A DNA stretch of 64,000 bases from Actinomycetota bacterium (GCA_009379915.1 WHSV01000006.1:279-64278); one strand, 5' to 3'. Positions 17,799-26,904 are shown, counted from the stretch's first letter. Notes: generated from the sequence alone by a model not told the origin. Numbers and translations are program-made.

Positions 17799-19111
17799 CC
17801 GTATCTTCCCTGTGCGCGCCCAAGCAGATCGAGAAACTCGGGGAACGAGGTGCTCACGCTGCTCCACCCCTTCACCACGACGGGCTCCTCGGAGCGCAAC
17901 CCCGCCACCGCGAACGACATCGCGGCGCGATGGTCGCCGCGCGCGTCCACCTCGGCACCCTTGAACACCGAGGGCCCCCGAATCCGCATCCCATCCGGCT
18001 CTGGACTGCAGTCAACCCCGAGCTCCCGAAGTCCTGTACACATGACATCGATTCGATCCGACTCCTTCACGCGCAACTCCTGGGCGTTCCGGATGAGCGT
18101 CTCTCCCTCGGCACAGGAGGCCAGCACGGCAACCACCGGAAGTTCGTCGATCAGAGTGGGTATCTCCTCGGCGCCTTCGATGGTCGTTCCGGTGAGCTCC
18201 GAGCCGCGCACGCTCACGTCCCCGAACGGCTCATCGAATCGTTTTCCGGCGACCCGAACGTCGATCTCGGCCCCCATCCTGGACATCACGTCGAGGAGTC
18301 CCGTCCGGCTCGGATTCAGTCCCAGGTTGGTGATCGTGAGATCCGAACCGTCGACGATCGCCGCGGCCACGAGAAGGAACGCGGCCGACGAGATGTCCCC
18401 GGGGACGTCCCAGGTCATCGCCGACAGGGCAGGGGTGGGTTCGAGGCGGATCCGGTTGCTCTCAACGCGAAGCCTCGCTCCCGCGGCGGCGAGCATCCGC
18501 TCGGTGTGGTCCCGGCTCGCGCCCGGCTCGATGAGCGTCGTGGGCCCGGTGGCGTGGAGGCCGGCGAGCAGAACGGCCGTCTTGACCTGCGCGCTCGCAA
18601 TCGGTAGCCGCAGATCGACGCCCGATAGGTCGCCGCCTCGGATGGCGAGCGGAGCCCGGTCGCCGAAAGCACGGCCCTCGATCCGCGCCCCCATCTGCCG
18701 GAGCGGAGCGACCACTCGCAGCATGGGCCGCCGGAGGAGGGTGGCGTCCCCCGTCACCACGGACAGACCCTCGACTCCCGCGCAGAGCCCGAGAATCGTG
18801 CGCATCGTGGTTCCGGAATTGCCCGCATCGAGAACGTGCTCGGGCTCTCTCAAGCCGCCCACTCCCCTACCCTCAACCTCAACCTGATAGTTTGCCTCGT
18901 CGGAGGTGATGGCCGCTCCGAGCAACTCCAGAAGGGATGCGGTCGCGCGGCAGTCCTCACCGAGGTTCGCGTTGGCCACGAGCGACCGTCCGCTCGCGAG
19001 GCTCGAGATCATGAGCGCCCTATGCGTGATGGACTTGTCGCCCGGAACCTCGAGAGTTCCCCGCAGGGGTGACGGGGCGGGCGAGGAACGCCACAGTCGT
19101 CTTATCGACAT
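17795..19111 (-). CDS. aroA: 3-phosphoshikimate 1-carboxyvinyltransferase (EPSP synthase)
   Basis: ORF 17795..19111. It contains LEVPGDKSITHRALM and LGNSGTTMR-type motifs and is 438 aa. Confidence 0.93.
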   Translation of the reverse strand: MSIRRLWRSSPAPSPLRGTLEVPGDKSITHRALMISSLASGRSLVANANLGEDCRATASLLELLGAAITSDEANYQVEVEGRGVGGLREPEHVLDAGNSGTTMRTILGLCAGVEGLSVVTGDATLLRRPMLRVVAPLRQMGARIEGRAFGDRAPLAIRGGDLSGVDLRLPIASAQVKTAVLLAGLHATGPTTLIEPGASRDHTERMLAAAGARLRVESNRIRLEPTPALSAMTWDVPGDISSAAFLLVAAAIVDGSDLTITNLGLNPSRTGLLDVMSRMGAEIDVRVAGKRFDEPFGDVSVRGSELTGTTIEGAEEIPTLIDELPVVAVLASCAEGETLIRNAQELRVKESDRIDVMCTGLRELGVDCSPEPDGMRIRGPSVFKGAEVDARGDHRAAMSFAVAGLRSEEPVVVKGWSSVSTSFPEFLDLLGRAQGRYG

Positions 19112-19133
19112 GGCTCGTTGTCTACTTGTCTAC
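19101..19133. repeat. box variants including the tandem octamer TTGTCTAC x2
   Basis: The sequence is cttatcgacatggctcgttgtctacttgtctac. The TTGTCTAC copies lie at 19118-19125 and 19126-19133, directly upstream of the aroA ATG (19111). Confidence 0.5.
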
Positions 19134-19145
19134 TCATTGCCTTCT

Positions 19146-20255
19146 CTAGATATCTACTTCGCTTCGCTCCACCCTGTAACCCAGGCTCATCAACGCCCCG
19201 ACCAGGGATTCCGCCTTGGCGGGACCGGATACGACGAGCTCCAACCGCCCCTGGCCCCCCTCGGTGGAGTGGACGATGCGAAGGTCCTCGAGGTTGGCTC
19301 CGAGCCGGCCGGCGGCCGTCGTCACCTCCGCGAGCACTCCCGGGCGGTCGGGCACCATCAGGGTAAGGCCAACCGGCTCGCCTCCGAAGTCGGGCTTGGC
19401 GAAGACGTCGAGCCGGGCCCTGCGAGAGCGGTCGAGCCACGACCGCAGCTCGTCCCAGTGCTGGCGCGCGATCATCGAGCTCACCGCCTCGAGGCGGTGA
19501 CCGAGGCCGGCAAGACTCTCGAGTACCGCTTGATGGTTCGATCGAATGATGGCGACCCACAGGTCCGGGTTGCTCGCGGCGATGCGGGTCACATCGCGGA
19601 ACCCGCCGCCCGCGAGACCGAGCAGAGCCTCCCGGTCGCCGGCTGCCAGCGCGACATCCACGAGAGCGCTGGCGGTCAGCTGGGGAAGGTGGCTGAGACG
19701 CGCGACCAGTGCGTCGTGAGTCGACGGATCGAGTGCGACGGGCCGGGCGCCGAGAGAAACAACCACCGATGTCACGGTCGAATATGCCTTCGATGCCGTG
19801 ATGGACGTCGGGGTCACGATCCACCAGGCGTCGTCGAACAGATGCTCGCTCGCCGCGTCGATCCCATGTCGCTCCGACCCCGACATCGGGTGACCGCCGA
19901 CGAAGGCTGCGCCCAGACACCGCTCTCCCGCGGCGACTACCTCCACCTTCGCGCTCCCCACATCGGTCACGATCGCACCGGGGGCCACGTACGAGGCGAT
20001 GCGCTCGAGCACGCCGGGGATGAGATCGACGGGGGTGGCAACCACTACCAGATCCACCCCGCCGGCCGCGTCCTCGAGGGAATCGGCCGCCCCGCCGATC
20101 GCGCCGCACTCGAGCGCGCCGGCCACCGCCTGCGGGTTCACGTCGAAGCCCACGACCCGGTCGACCCCCGCTCGCTTTCTGAGTCCGAGTCCGATCGACC
20201 CTCCGATCAATCCCAGACCGACGATCCCGACGCGGCCGAGCGCCGCGGCGACCAT
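19146..20255 (-). CDS. tyrA: prephenate dehydrogenase with C-terminal ACT-like domain
   Basis: ORF 19146..20423 trimmed to MVAAALGRVGIVGLGLIGGSIG (ATG 20255), which carries a Rossmann GxGxxG motif. Confidence 0.88.
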   Translation of the reverse strand: MVAAALGRVGIVGLGLIGGSIGLGLRKRAGVDRVVGFDVNPQAVAGALECGAIGGAADSLEDAAGGVDLVVVATPVDLIPGVLERIASYVAPGAIVTDVGSAKVEVVAAGERCLGAAFVGGHPMSGSERHGIDAASEHLFDDAWWIVTPTSITASKAYSTVTSVVVSLGARPVALDPSTHDALVARLSHLPQLTASALVDVALAAGDREALLGLAGGGFRDVTRIAASNPDLWVAIIRSNHQAVLESLAGLGHRLEAVSSMIARQHWDELRSWLDRSRRARLDVFAKPDFGGEPVGLTLMVPDRPGVLAEVTTAAGRLGANLEDLRIVHSTEGGQGRLELVVSGPAKAESLVGALMSLGYRVERSEVDI

Positions 20256-20280
20256 CCCTAAGCCTCTACTCGAACGTTCG

Positions 20281-20670
20281 TCATTCGCGAAGATCCGTCC
20301 TGAGTTGCTCGGCACCCTCGAGATAGACGTGGCGCAGGGTCTCGGCCGGTCTTGTCGTGTAGAGATGCATGAGGACCCGGATGCACCGCGGCACCGATCC
20401 CGGCACGTCGATCTCGCGAGCACAGAGGAGGGGTACCGATGACAGCCCGAGCGCCCGGGCGGCGGCGGCCGGAAACTCGGCCGAGAGGTCCGCTGTGGTC
20501 GTGAAGATCATGCTGACGAGATCCTCGGTCGCGATCCCGTTGCGGCCGATCATCTCGGCGAGAAGGCGCTCGGTCGCATCGACGATCGCCCGGCCTTCAT
20601 CGGCCGCTGCCGTGGTCGCCCCCCTCAGGGCCCGTAATCTTTGGTCGGCCACTTGTCTCCTCGTGCTCAA
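20281..20670 (-). CDS. aroH: chorismate mutase (AroH type)
   Basis: ORF 20281..20670. LRALRGATT...MIFTTTADL...VPLLCAREIDVPG is an AroH-class signature. The start may instead be the GTG at 20652. Confidence 0.85.
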   Translation of the reverse strand: MSTRRQVADQRLRALRGATTAAADEGRAIVDATERLLAEMIGRNGIATEDLVSMIFTTTADLSAEFPAAAARALGLSSVPLLCAREIDVPGSVPRCIRVLMHLYTTRPAETLRHVYLEGAEQLRTDLRE

Positions 20671-20674
20671 GTCG

Positions 20675-20694
20675 GCTTGTCGACAAATCTACCT
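20675..20694. repeat. ATTTGTCGAC-family box
   Basis: The sequence gcttgtcgacaaatctacct ends 4 nt upstream of the aroH TTG start. Confidence 0.6.
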
Positions 20695-20720
20695 ATCGAC
20701 CCCTCGTAGTAACGCTAACG

Positions 20721-20750
20721 CGGGGGCTACTGCGCCGCCAGAGGCCCCCG
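20721..20750 (-). terminator. hairpin between rluB and aroH
   Basis: CGGGGGC (20721-20727) pairs with GCCCCCG (20744-20750) around a 16-nt loop. There is no U-tract. Confidence 0.3.
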
Positions 20751-20768
20751 ACCTCAAATCACCTTGTG

Positions 20769-20784
20769 GTCTTGTCGACAAGTA
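20769..20784. repeat. box with the perfect 12-bp palindrome CTTGTCGACAAG
   Basis: The sequence is gtcttgtcgacaagta, with the palindrome at 20771-20782, about 10 nt after the rluB stop. Confidence 0.6.
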
Positions 20785-20791
20785 CACTCGT

Positions 20792-21535
20792 CTACAACCC
20801 GGCGGCCCGGTAAAGCGCCCGCACCTCGTCCGGCTTCAGCCGGCGATAGGTCGCGGGCTTCAGCCGGCCAAGCATAAGCGGGCCTATGGCGGTTCGGACG
20901 AGGTGCCTGACGGGGTGACCCACCGCCTCCAGCATGCGCCTGAGCTGGCGATTGCGGCCCTCGGCCAAGGAGATCTCGATCAGGGTCCCCCCGGGAGTAC
21001 GCTCCACGAGGCGAGCCCGCGCCGGGGCCGTCATGCCGCCGTCGAGCTCCACGCCTCGGGCGATCTGGCGCACGGTCTTGTCCTTCACGCTTCCCTCGAC
21101 CTCCGCGAGGTAGGTCTTGTGCACGCCGAAGCGGGGATGGGTCAGCCTCAGCGCCAGGTCTCCGTCGTTGGTCAGGAGAAGAGCCCCCCCGCTGTCCAGG
21201 TCGAGCCGGCCGACGGGATAGACGCGGGTATCCACGTCGTCGAGCAGGTCGATCACCGTTTCCCTGCCGGCCTCGTCGCTCGCTGTGGTTACCACCCCGA
21301 CCGGCTTGTTCATCAGGTAGTAGACGAGATCGGTGGACAGAGGCACACGCGAACCATCAACCTCTACTAGATCCTTTGACGGATCGATCCGCCGGCCCAG
21401 CTCGACCCGCTTGCCGTTCACCCGGATCCGTCCCCTGACGATCATCTCCTCGATCGTTCTGCGGGAGGCAACGCCGGCTCTGGCCAGCACCTTTTGGATC
21501 CGCTCCCCCTCGGGGGCGGACTCCTTGCGGTTCAT
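20792..21535 (-). CDS. rluB: 23S rRNA pseudouridine synthase (RluB/RsuA family)
   Basis: ORF 20792..22357 trimmed to MNRKESAPEGERIQKVLARAGVASRR (S4 domain) with the catalytic GRLDLDSGGALLLTNDG. The start forms an ATGA overlap with the scpB stop. Confidence 0.9.
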   Translation of the reverse strand: MNRKESAPEGERIQKVLARAGVASRRTIEEMIVRGRIRVNGKRVELGRRIDPSKDLVEVDGSRVPLSTDLVYYLMNKPVGVVTTASDEAGRETVIDLLDDVDTRVYPVGRLDLDSGGALLLTNDGDLALRLTHPRFGVHKTYLAEVEGSVKDKTVRQIARGVELDGGMTAPARARLVERTPGGTLIEISLAEGRNRQLRRMLEAVGHPVRHLVRTAIGPLMLGRLKPATYRRLKPDEVRALYRAAGL

Positions 21536-22095
21536 GCGTTCGGGGAGAGCTTGGCCTCCATGTCTCCGACCTCCTCCGCGCTGGGCATGAACTCCACCAG
21601 CGGAGGCAGGTCGTCGACCGATTTCAGGCCCATACGCTCGAGAAACTCGTCGCTGACGGCGAACAGGACCGGGGCTCCCGGAGTGGAATCGTGGCCCGAC
21701 TCCCTGATCAGCCCACGCTGAAGCAGTGTCTTGACGACCCCGTCGGAGTCCACACCCCGAACCTCGGTGATCTGCGTACGCGACAGCGGACCCCTGTAGG
21801 CGATGACGGCCAGGACCTCCAGCGCCGCACCCGTGAGGCGGGAGTGGGAGTGACGCAGCACGAATCGCTCGAGCCAGGGGGCGCACTCCGGACTGGTGTA
21901 GAGACGCCAGCCCCCGGCCGTCTCGCGCAGCAGGAACCCACGGTCGTCGTCCTCGTAGTCGTTGGCCAGCTCCGCAAGCAGTCCCTCGACCTCGGCGCTG
22001 GGCCTCTCGAGGACCTCTCCGACGACGCGCGCCGGCACCGGCTCGTCGGCCAGCAACAGGATCGACTCGATGATCTTGCGCTCGGGAACGATCAC
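21532..22095 (-). CDS. scpB: segregation and condensation protein B
   Basis: The 21532..23259 frame was trimmed to the GTG at 22095 (AAAGGAGG lies 7 nt upstream, GTGA overlap with scpA). IIESILLLADEPV...LEVLAVIAYRGPLSRTQITEVRGV is present. Confidence 0.9.
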   Translation of the reverse strand: MIVPERKIIESILLLADEPVPARVVGEVLERPSAEVEGLLAELANDYEDDDRGFLLRETAGGWRLYTSPECAPWLERFVLRHSHSRLTGAALEVLAVIAYRGPLSRTQITEVRGVDSDGVVKTLLQRGLIRESGHDSTPGAPVLFAVSDEFLERMGLKSVDDLPPLVEFMPSAEEVGDMEAKLSPNA

Positions 22096-22886
22096 GATTG
22101 AGCCTCCTTTTGTAGGTCGGTGGTGTACTCCTCTGCCCCCTCGACCACGTCTTCGGCCGCCACCTCGTCCGTCCACAGGGCCCGGATCTCCCCAAAGCGG
22201 TCGTCTTGCGAGAGCTCGATCGCCCCCGCCTTGAACAGTTCGAGTAGGGCGAGGAAGCGGACCACGACTTCGATCCGTTCCCGGGTGGCGGCGCAGAGAT
22301 CGGCGAACGCCACCGGACCACCGATTTGAAGCGCGGCCGAGATGTCGCCGATGGCATCCTTCACGGACGCGGTGATGGGCGTCACGTGCGAGGTGTCGAG
22401 TACGACTTGAGGCTTGGGGGCCAGCGCGAGGGCGGCCGCCGATGCCAGGTCGGCCGGCGATACCTTCGCCAGGAGGTCTGGAGCCAGACGAACGAACTGC
22501 GGCTCGAGCCCCGCCGTCCGCGCGAAGTAAACGGCGCCCTTCTCCAAGCCCACCGCGATGCTGGCCCCCGCCTCTCTCAGAGTCGACAGCTCGACCAGAC
22601 GGGCCAGGAGCAGGTCGCGCTCCTCGAGCAGCTGGCTGTCGGCGTCGTCGAGGGACTGCGCCGGTAAGAGCCGGGCCGATTTGAGCTCGAGCAGCGTCGC
22701 CGCCACCACCAGGAACCCGGTTGCGGATTCGAGATCGAGGTCCTCGAGCTCCCCCACGACCCCCAGGTACTCCTCGGTGATCGTGGAGATGGAGACCTCG
22801 TAGATGTCGACCCGCTGGCGCGTTATGAGGTGCAGGAGCAGGTCTATCGGGCCCTCGAACACCTCCAACTTGACCTCGTACGCCAT
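22092..22886 (-). CDS. scpA: segregation and condensation protein A
   Basis: ORF 22092..22886. LEVFEGPIDLLLHLI is the ScpA kleisin N-terminus. Confidence 0.9.
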   Translation of the reverse strand: MAYEVKLEVFEGPIDLLLHLITRQRVDIYEVSISTITEEYLGVVGELEDLDLESATGFLVVAATLLELKSARLLPAQSLDDADSQLLEERDLLLARLVELSTLREAGASIAVGLEKGAVYFARTAGLEPQFVRLAPDLLAKVSPADLASAAALALAPKPQVVLDTSHVTPITASVKDAIGDISAALQIGGPVAFADLCAATRERIEVVVRFLALLELFKAGAIELSQDDRFGEIRALWTDEVAAEDVVEGAEEYTTDLQKEAQS

Positions 22887-22922
22887 TCAGCTTTCGGTCC
22901 TCTCGCCGTCTCTTCCGTAGAG

Positions 22923-22955
22923 ACATGTCGACAAATGTACTTGTAGACAAATCTG
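22923..22955. repeat. two tandem ATTTGTCGAC-family boxes
   Basis: The sequence is acatgtcgacaaatgtacttgtagacaaatctg. GTCGACAAAT lies at 22927-22936 and GTAGACAAAT at 22943-22952 (16-nt phase), about 40 nt upstream of the scpA ATG. Confidence 0.6.
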
Positions 22956-23056
22956 CCCCGCCGGGTCGTCCTCCGGGGAAGCCAGCGACGAGCCTATAGC
23001 GGCGCCGCCCAGAGACCCCGCTTTTCGGGCCATCGTCAGTCGGGCGATCCGCGGGT

Positions 23057-24067
23057 TCAGGGTCGGTGTCCGAGCCCCACCCTCGATCGGACGTCGACCA
23101 TCGTGGACTCCGCGACCTCGCAGGCGCGCCGGGCCCCCGCGTCCAGCAGGCGCTCGAGCTCGGCGCGGTCACCGACGAGATCCTCGTAGCGCTTCTTGAT
23201 CGGCCTGAGGTGCTGGACCAGTGCATCGGCCAGTGCCTGCTTGAACTCGGCGTAGCCACCGGATCGATAGGTCGCCTCGAGCTCTGACACGGGGGTCCCC
23301 TCCACGGCGGAGAAAATGGTCAGCAGGTTGGTGAGGGCCGGCTTGTCCTCCCCCGCGGTGACCTCGCGCCCGGAGTCGGTCACCGCCGACCTGACCTTCT
23401 TGGCGATCGACTCGGGGGCCTCGGCGAGGGAGATCGACGCATTGGGCCTCGTCTCCGATTTGCTCATCTTCTGGGTGGGGTCATCGAGGGCCATGATTCG
23501 GGCCCCGTCGGACGAGATCAGGGGCTCCGGGATCACGAACGTCCTGCCGAACGACTTGTTGAAACGACCCCCGAGGTCCCTCATCAGCTCGACGTGCTGC
23601 CGCTGGTCCTCCCCGACCGGCACCACGTGGGCCAGGTAGAGGAGCACATCTGCCGCCTGGAGCACGGGGTAGGTGAACAGCCCCGCGCGGACCGACTCGG
23701 TGTCGCCCTTCGACTTCTCCTTGAACTGGACCATGCGGCGCAGCTCTCCCATGCGGGCGATACAGGTCAGGATCCACGCCAGCTCCGCATGCTGACCGAC
23801 CTGGGACTGACGAAAGAGCACGCTACGGTCCGGATCGATGCCGCAGGCGATGAGCATGGCTCCCATGTTGAGGGTCTCCTCGCTCAGCTGCTCGGGGTCC
23901 CACGGCAGGGTCATGGCGTGCAGATCCACGAGGCAGTAGAACGACTCGTACTCGTGCTGGAGGTCGACCCAGCGCCGGATCGCGCCGATGTAGTTGCCCA
24001 GGTGGGGCTCACCGGTGGGCTTGATACCGCTGAAGATGCGTCTCTGAGAGCCCTGAATAACGTTCAT
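23057..24067 (-). CDS. trpS: tryptophan--tRNA ligase
   Basis: ORF 23057..24067. It has a HIGH-type motif (GEPHLGNYIGA) and KMSKS. Confidence 0.93.
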   Translation of the reverse strand: MNVIQGSQRRIFSGIKPTGEPHLGNYIGAIRRWVDLQHEYESFYCLVDLHAMTLPWDPEQLSEETLNMGAMLIACGIDPDRSVLFRQSQVGQHAELAWILTCIARMGELRRMVQFKEKSKGDTESVRAGLFTYPVLQAADVLLYLAHVVPVGEDQRQHVELMRDLGGRFNKSFGRTFVIPEPLISSDGARIMALDDPTQKMSKSETRPNASISLAEAPESIAKKVRSAVTDSGREVTAGEDKPALTNLLTIFSAVEGTPVSELEATYRSGGYAEFKQALADALVQHLRPIKKRYEDLVGDRAELERLLDAGARRACEVAESTMVDVRSRVGLGHRP

Positions 24068-24116
24068 TCCTAGGTTTAGACTTCCTGTCCGCCACCCGAA
24101 CCGTGCTGGCGGGCTC

Positions 24117-24122
24117 TACAAT
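24117..24122 (+). promoter_or_regulatory. -10 hexamer TACAAT, 8 nt before the ATG (leaderless-type)
   Basis: The context is ctcTACAATaccgggccATG. No Shine-Dalgarno is present. Confidence 0.4.
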
Positions 24123-24130
24123 ACCGGGCC

Positions 24131-24799
24131 ATGCAATCTCCCCTGGAACTCCTGCGCGACGAGCAGGTCGCCTTCGTGATGCTCGTGATCTCGCTCGCGC
24201 TCTCTCTGTCCCTGCACGAGTTCGCACATGCCTTCGTCGCGGACCTCCAGGGCGACCGCCTGCCCCGGGCCATGGGTCGTGTGACGCTCAACCCGGTTCG
24301 TCACCTGGACCCACTCGGCACGCTGCTGATCCTTCTCGTAGGGTTCGGCTGGGCCAAGCCGGTCGAGTTCCGGCCCTCGGCGCTGCGATCCCGGCACTTC
24401 GGAGCGGCCCTGGTCGCGCTCGCGGGTCCCTCGATGAACCTGCTGTTGGCCGTCGTCGGGCTAGTGGGGCTGAGGCTGACGACCTCCGATGCGTTCATCA
24501 GCGAGGGCATCGTGTTCATCGATCAAGAGGGCCTGATGGGGCAGATAGCGATCTTTTGGGTCTTCTTTTCCACCATCAACATCCTTCTCGCGGTCTTCAA
24601 TCTCATCCCGCTTCCGCCCCTGGACGGCTCCCGGCTTCTGACCATCTTTCTCCCGCCCAACCGGCAGAACATCATCTACTTCCTCGACAAGTACGGCTTC
24701 TTCATCCTCCTCGGCCTGCTCCTCTTCGGTGGCTTCACCTTCCTCGAGCCGATCATCCTCGCCGTCCGCAGGCTGATCTTCGACCTGGTTCTTACTTAA
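24131..24799 (+). CDS. site-2 protease (peptidase M50) family membrane metalloprotease
   Basis: ORF 24131..24799. It has HEFAHAF (HExxH), multiple TM segments, and NLIPLPPLDGS. Confidence 0.85.
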   Translation: MQSPLELLRDEQVAFVMLVISLALSLSLHEFAHAFVADLQGDRLPRAMGRVTLNPVRHLDPLGTLLILLVGFGWAKPVEFRPSALRSRHFGAALVALAGPSMNLLLAVVGLVGLRLTTSDAFISEGIVFIDQEGLMGQIAIFWVFFSTINILLAVFNLIPLPPLDGSRLLTIFLPPNRQNIIYFLDKYGFFILLGLLLFGGFTFLEPIILAVRRLIFDLVLT

Positions 24800-25087
24800 G
24801 GCTCCACTAGAGTGTTAGGGTTGTCGGCATGGAGCTTCCCTCGGCCGGGCTGCATGCGAGAAGGTGGGGTCCCCTAGTTGGCGGCTGCGCCGCGAGATGC
24901 CGTCCCCGACTCCACCCGCACGCTCCAGAGGCGACCCCGGCCGCACCCCGCGGCCGTCCCCGGCAGGCGCGCGCCGTCCACCCGGTTCCGCCGCTCTTCG
25001 GTTTGCTCCTCCCGACCGGCGCCGGGGCAGCAGAGGGCCCTGCTTCCCGGGGTCGATCCGCGGAAGATCGACTAGGTGTGGACCATT

Positions 25088-25116
25088 CATCGACTTGTCC
25101 ATATGGCTACAAATGG
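25088..25116. repeat. box-like cluster around the palindrome CCATATGG
   Basis: The sequence catcgacttgtccatatggctacaaatgg contains TTGTCCATA and, on the other strand, ATTTGTAGCC. Confidence 0.45.
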
Positions 25117-25190
25117 CTTTGTGCCTCCCGTTTGCGGTTGGTTCTCCCTGCTCACAGGGCGAGTCCACTAGTCGCTTCGACCACATGGCG

Positions 25191-25238
25191 TCTTGTCGCC
25201 AAGTAGATATCTCGCCTAATCCAACTGTAGACATGTCG
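25191..25238. repeat. box-like cluster
   Basis: The sequence tcttgtcgccaagtagatatctcgcctaatccaactgtagacatgtcg contains TCTTGTCGCCAAGTAGA and TGTAGACATGTCG. Confidence 0.45.
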
Positions 25239-25566
25239 TTACCGCTCCAGACCTCATGCCCGCCTCGGCCTCGGCGCCGCCCCTCGAATGAGCTCGGGAC
25301 CCCGGGGGGCCATTGCCGGACCGGCGCGGCATGACGGCCCCAGCGGCGACGCCGACCCACGTCCCCGCGCTGCGGTTCTCGGCGCCCGCCGTCGCCGGGG
25401 TGACCCGGGCTCGCCAGTCGAGGTTCCCGGTGCTCGGGCGCACGTCCCCCGGCGGGAGCCAGAGGAACCACCATAAGTCTCGACTTTAGCCTTATACTTC
25501 ACTCCACGCTCGGTCCGCCCTTTGCGCGGGTCGCTCAGGAGCGACGGGCCTCGCGATCCCGGGAAC

Positions 25567-25600
25567 CAAAAGGGGGCCGACCACCACGCCGGCCCCCTTT
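25567..25600 (-). terminator. intrinsic terminator of the parA-like/RHH operon
   Basis: On the minus strand, GGGGGCCGG-cgtggtg-GTCGGCCCCC is followed by TTTTGG, 14 nt after the stop at 25614. Confidence 0.6.
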
Positions 25601-25613
25601 CGATCGAGGTCGT

Positions 25614-25991
25614 TCAGTCGTTCAACTTCCGAAGCAGGACCGAGTCCTCCCCGCGCGCGCCGAAGTCCTCGAGGACATATGCCACGGCCGCCCTCACGAT
25701 CCGGCCGCGGTCCGCGGAGAGGCCGTAGGCGGCCCTCAGCTCGAGCCTGGTCCGCTCTATCGCCATGAGATCGTCGGGCGTGCAATAGAACGTGATCTTC
25801 TCCTCGTGCTTGGGCGCCTTGGGCTTGGGAGCCGTCTCCGGCGCCGCTTCGGACACCGGCGTGGCGACTTGTAGCTTTGTCGACTTGGCGTCTTGCATAC
25901 TTGTCTCTGAACTGGGACGTGTTTCTCTGGGTCGGTCCGAGGTCTTTCGGAAGAGCTCCTCAGCTCCGGGCAAACTGGCTCGACGAGACAC
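25614..25991 (-). CDS. small protein with a disordered N-terminus and putative ribbon-helix-helix C-terminal domain
   Basis: ORF 25614..25991. The GTG start is preceded by AAGGAGG at 9 nt, inside the parA 3' end. KITFYCTPDDLMAIERTRLELRAAYG..RGRIVRAAVAYVLED reads as strand-helix-helix. Confidence 0.6.
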   Translation of the reverse strand: MSRRASLPGAEELFRKTSDRPRETRPSSETSMQDAKSTKLQVATPVSEAAPETAPKPKAPKHEEKITFYCTPDDLMAIERTRLELRAAYGLSADRGRIVRAAVAYVLEDFGARGEDSVLLRKLND

Positions 25992-26880
25992 GCTCCATCA
26001 CCTCCTTGGCGAGTTTTCTATAGGCGGCCGCCCCATGAGAGCTCGGGGCGTACGACAGGATCGGCTGCCCCGCAACCGGGGCCTCCGCGAATCGAATGGT
26101 CTTGCGCACGACGGTGTCGAACAGCTTGTCTCCAAAGGCGTCCTCGACCGTGCTGAGGACCTCCTTGCTGTGGAGCGTGCGGCGGTCGAACATCGTCGCT
26201 ATGATTCCATCAACGTGAAGTCGAGGGTTAAGGCGCTCCTGCACGACCCCTATCGAGTGCATGAGCTGCGCCATCCCTCTCAGGGCGTAGTACTCGCACT
26301 CGAGCGGGATGATGACCCCGTCGGCCGCGGTCAGGGAGTTCACCGTCAGCAGGCCCAGCGACGGCATGCAGTCGATGAAGATGAAGTCGTAGCGCGACCT
26401 CAGCGGAGCGAGCACCCGCAAGAGCGACTGTTCCCTCGCCACCTCGCCGGAGAGCATGAGCTCGGCGGCCGAGAGGTCGATGTTCGAGGGCAGCAGATCC
26501 AGGTCCTCGATCTGCGTGTGAATAATTGCGTCATCGGTCTCGGCATCTCGATCCAGGAGGCAGTTGTAGATGGTGACCTCGAGCTCGTCCGGCTGGTAGC
26601 CGAGCCCGATCGCGCAGCCTCCCTGAGGATCGAAGTCGACCAGGAGCACCTTCTGGCCCAGGTCAGCAAGCCCCGCCCCCAGGTTGATGGCCGAGGTCGT
26701 CTTGCCCACCCCCCCCTTCTGGTTGGCGAGGGCGATGATGCGAGCGGTGCGTGCCGGATCATCGTCTGCGATCAGGTCGAGGCCCGGTGGGGTCGGCCGT
26801 GGCTCCTCCGGCGACTCTGCACCCCGAGGCTCCTGAGCCCCGAGCACCTGAGTGGTTCCGTACCGGTGTGACTCCTCCAT
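25960..26880 (-). CDS. ParA/Soj-family ATPase (Rv1708/PldP-like position)
   Basis: ORF 25960..26880. It has the deviant Walker A NQKGGVGKTTSAINL, DFDPQGG, and IIPLECEYYALRG. Confidence 0.9.
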   Translation of the reverse strand: MEESHRYGTTQVLGAQEPRGAESPEEPRPTPPGLDLIADDDPARTARIIALANQKGGVGKTTSAINLGAGLADLGQKVLLVDFDPQGGCAIGLGYQPDELEVTIYNCLLDRDAETDDAIIHTQIEDLDLLPSNIDLSAAELMLSGEVAREQSLLRVLAPLRSRYDFIFIDCMPSLGLLTVNSLTAADGVIIPLECEYYALRGMAQLMHSIGVVQERLNPRLHVDGIIATMFDRRTLHSKEVLSTVEDAFGDKLFDTVVRKTIRFAEAPVAGQPILSYAPSSHGAAAYRKLAKEVMERVSSSQFARS

Positions 26881-26904
26881 CCAGCCTCCCTGGGGTCGTC
26901 ATAG

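Noticed and set aside
16443-18887. Very long ORFs antisense or out of frame to recognised genes. Examples are the 814-aa ORF 16443..18887 (+), 15794..17242 (+), 26852..28615 (+), 53760..54899 (+) and 54810..56453 (-), plus many Arg/Pro/Gly-rich ORFs of 60-350 aa.
   Set aside because: They overlap genes with clear family motifs, have low-complexity Arg/Pro/Ser/Gly composition, and carry no recognisable motifs. These are typical shadow ORFs of high-GC DNA.
20271-20280. LexA SOS box. CGAACGTTCG lies upstream of tyrA, and the recN upstream region (42669-42806) was searched for TCGAAC-N4-GTTCGA.
   Set aside because: The tyrA palindrome lacks the 4-nt spacer of the actinobacterial SOS box. No SOS-box-like sequence was found upstream of recN. 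Only the box variant and a CGTGA-N3-TCACG palindrome are there.
24815-25474. ORFs inside the gene-free island (24815..25474 -, 24864..25334 +, 24829..25206 +, and a 22-codon ATG ORF at 25104).
   Set aside because: Their composition is Arg/Pro/Gly-rich, and they have no ribosome-binding sites and no motifs. The 22-aa ORF has no Shine-Dalgarno or promoter support.
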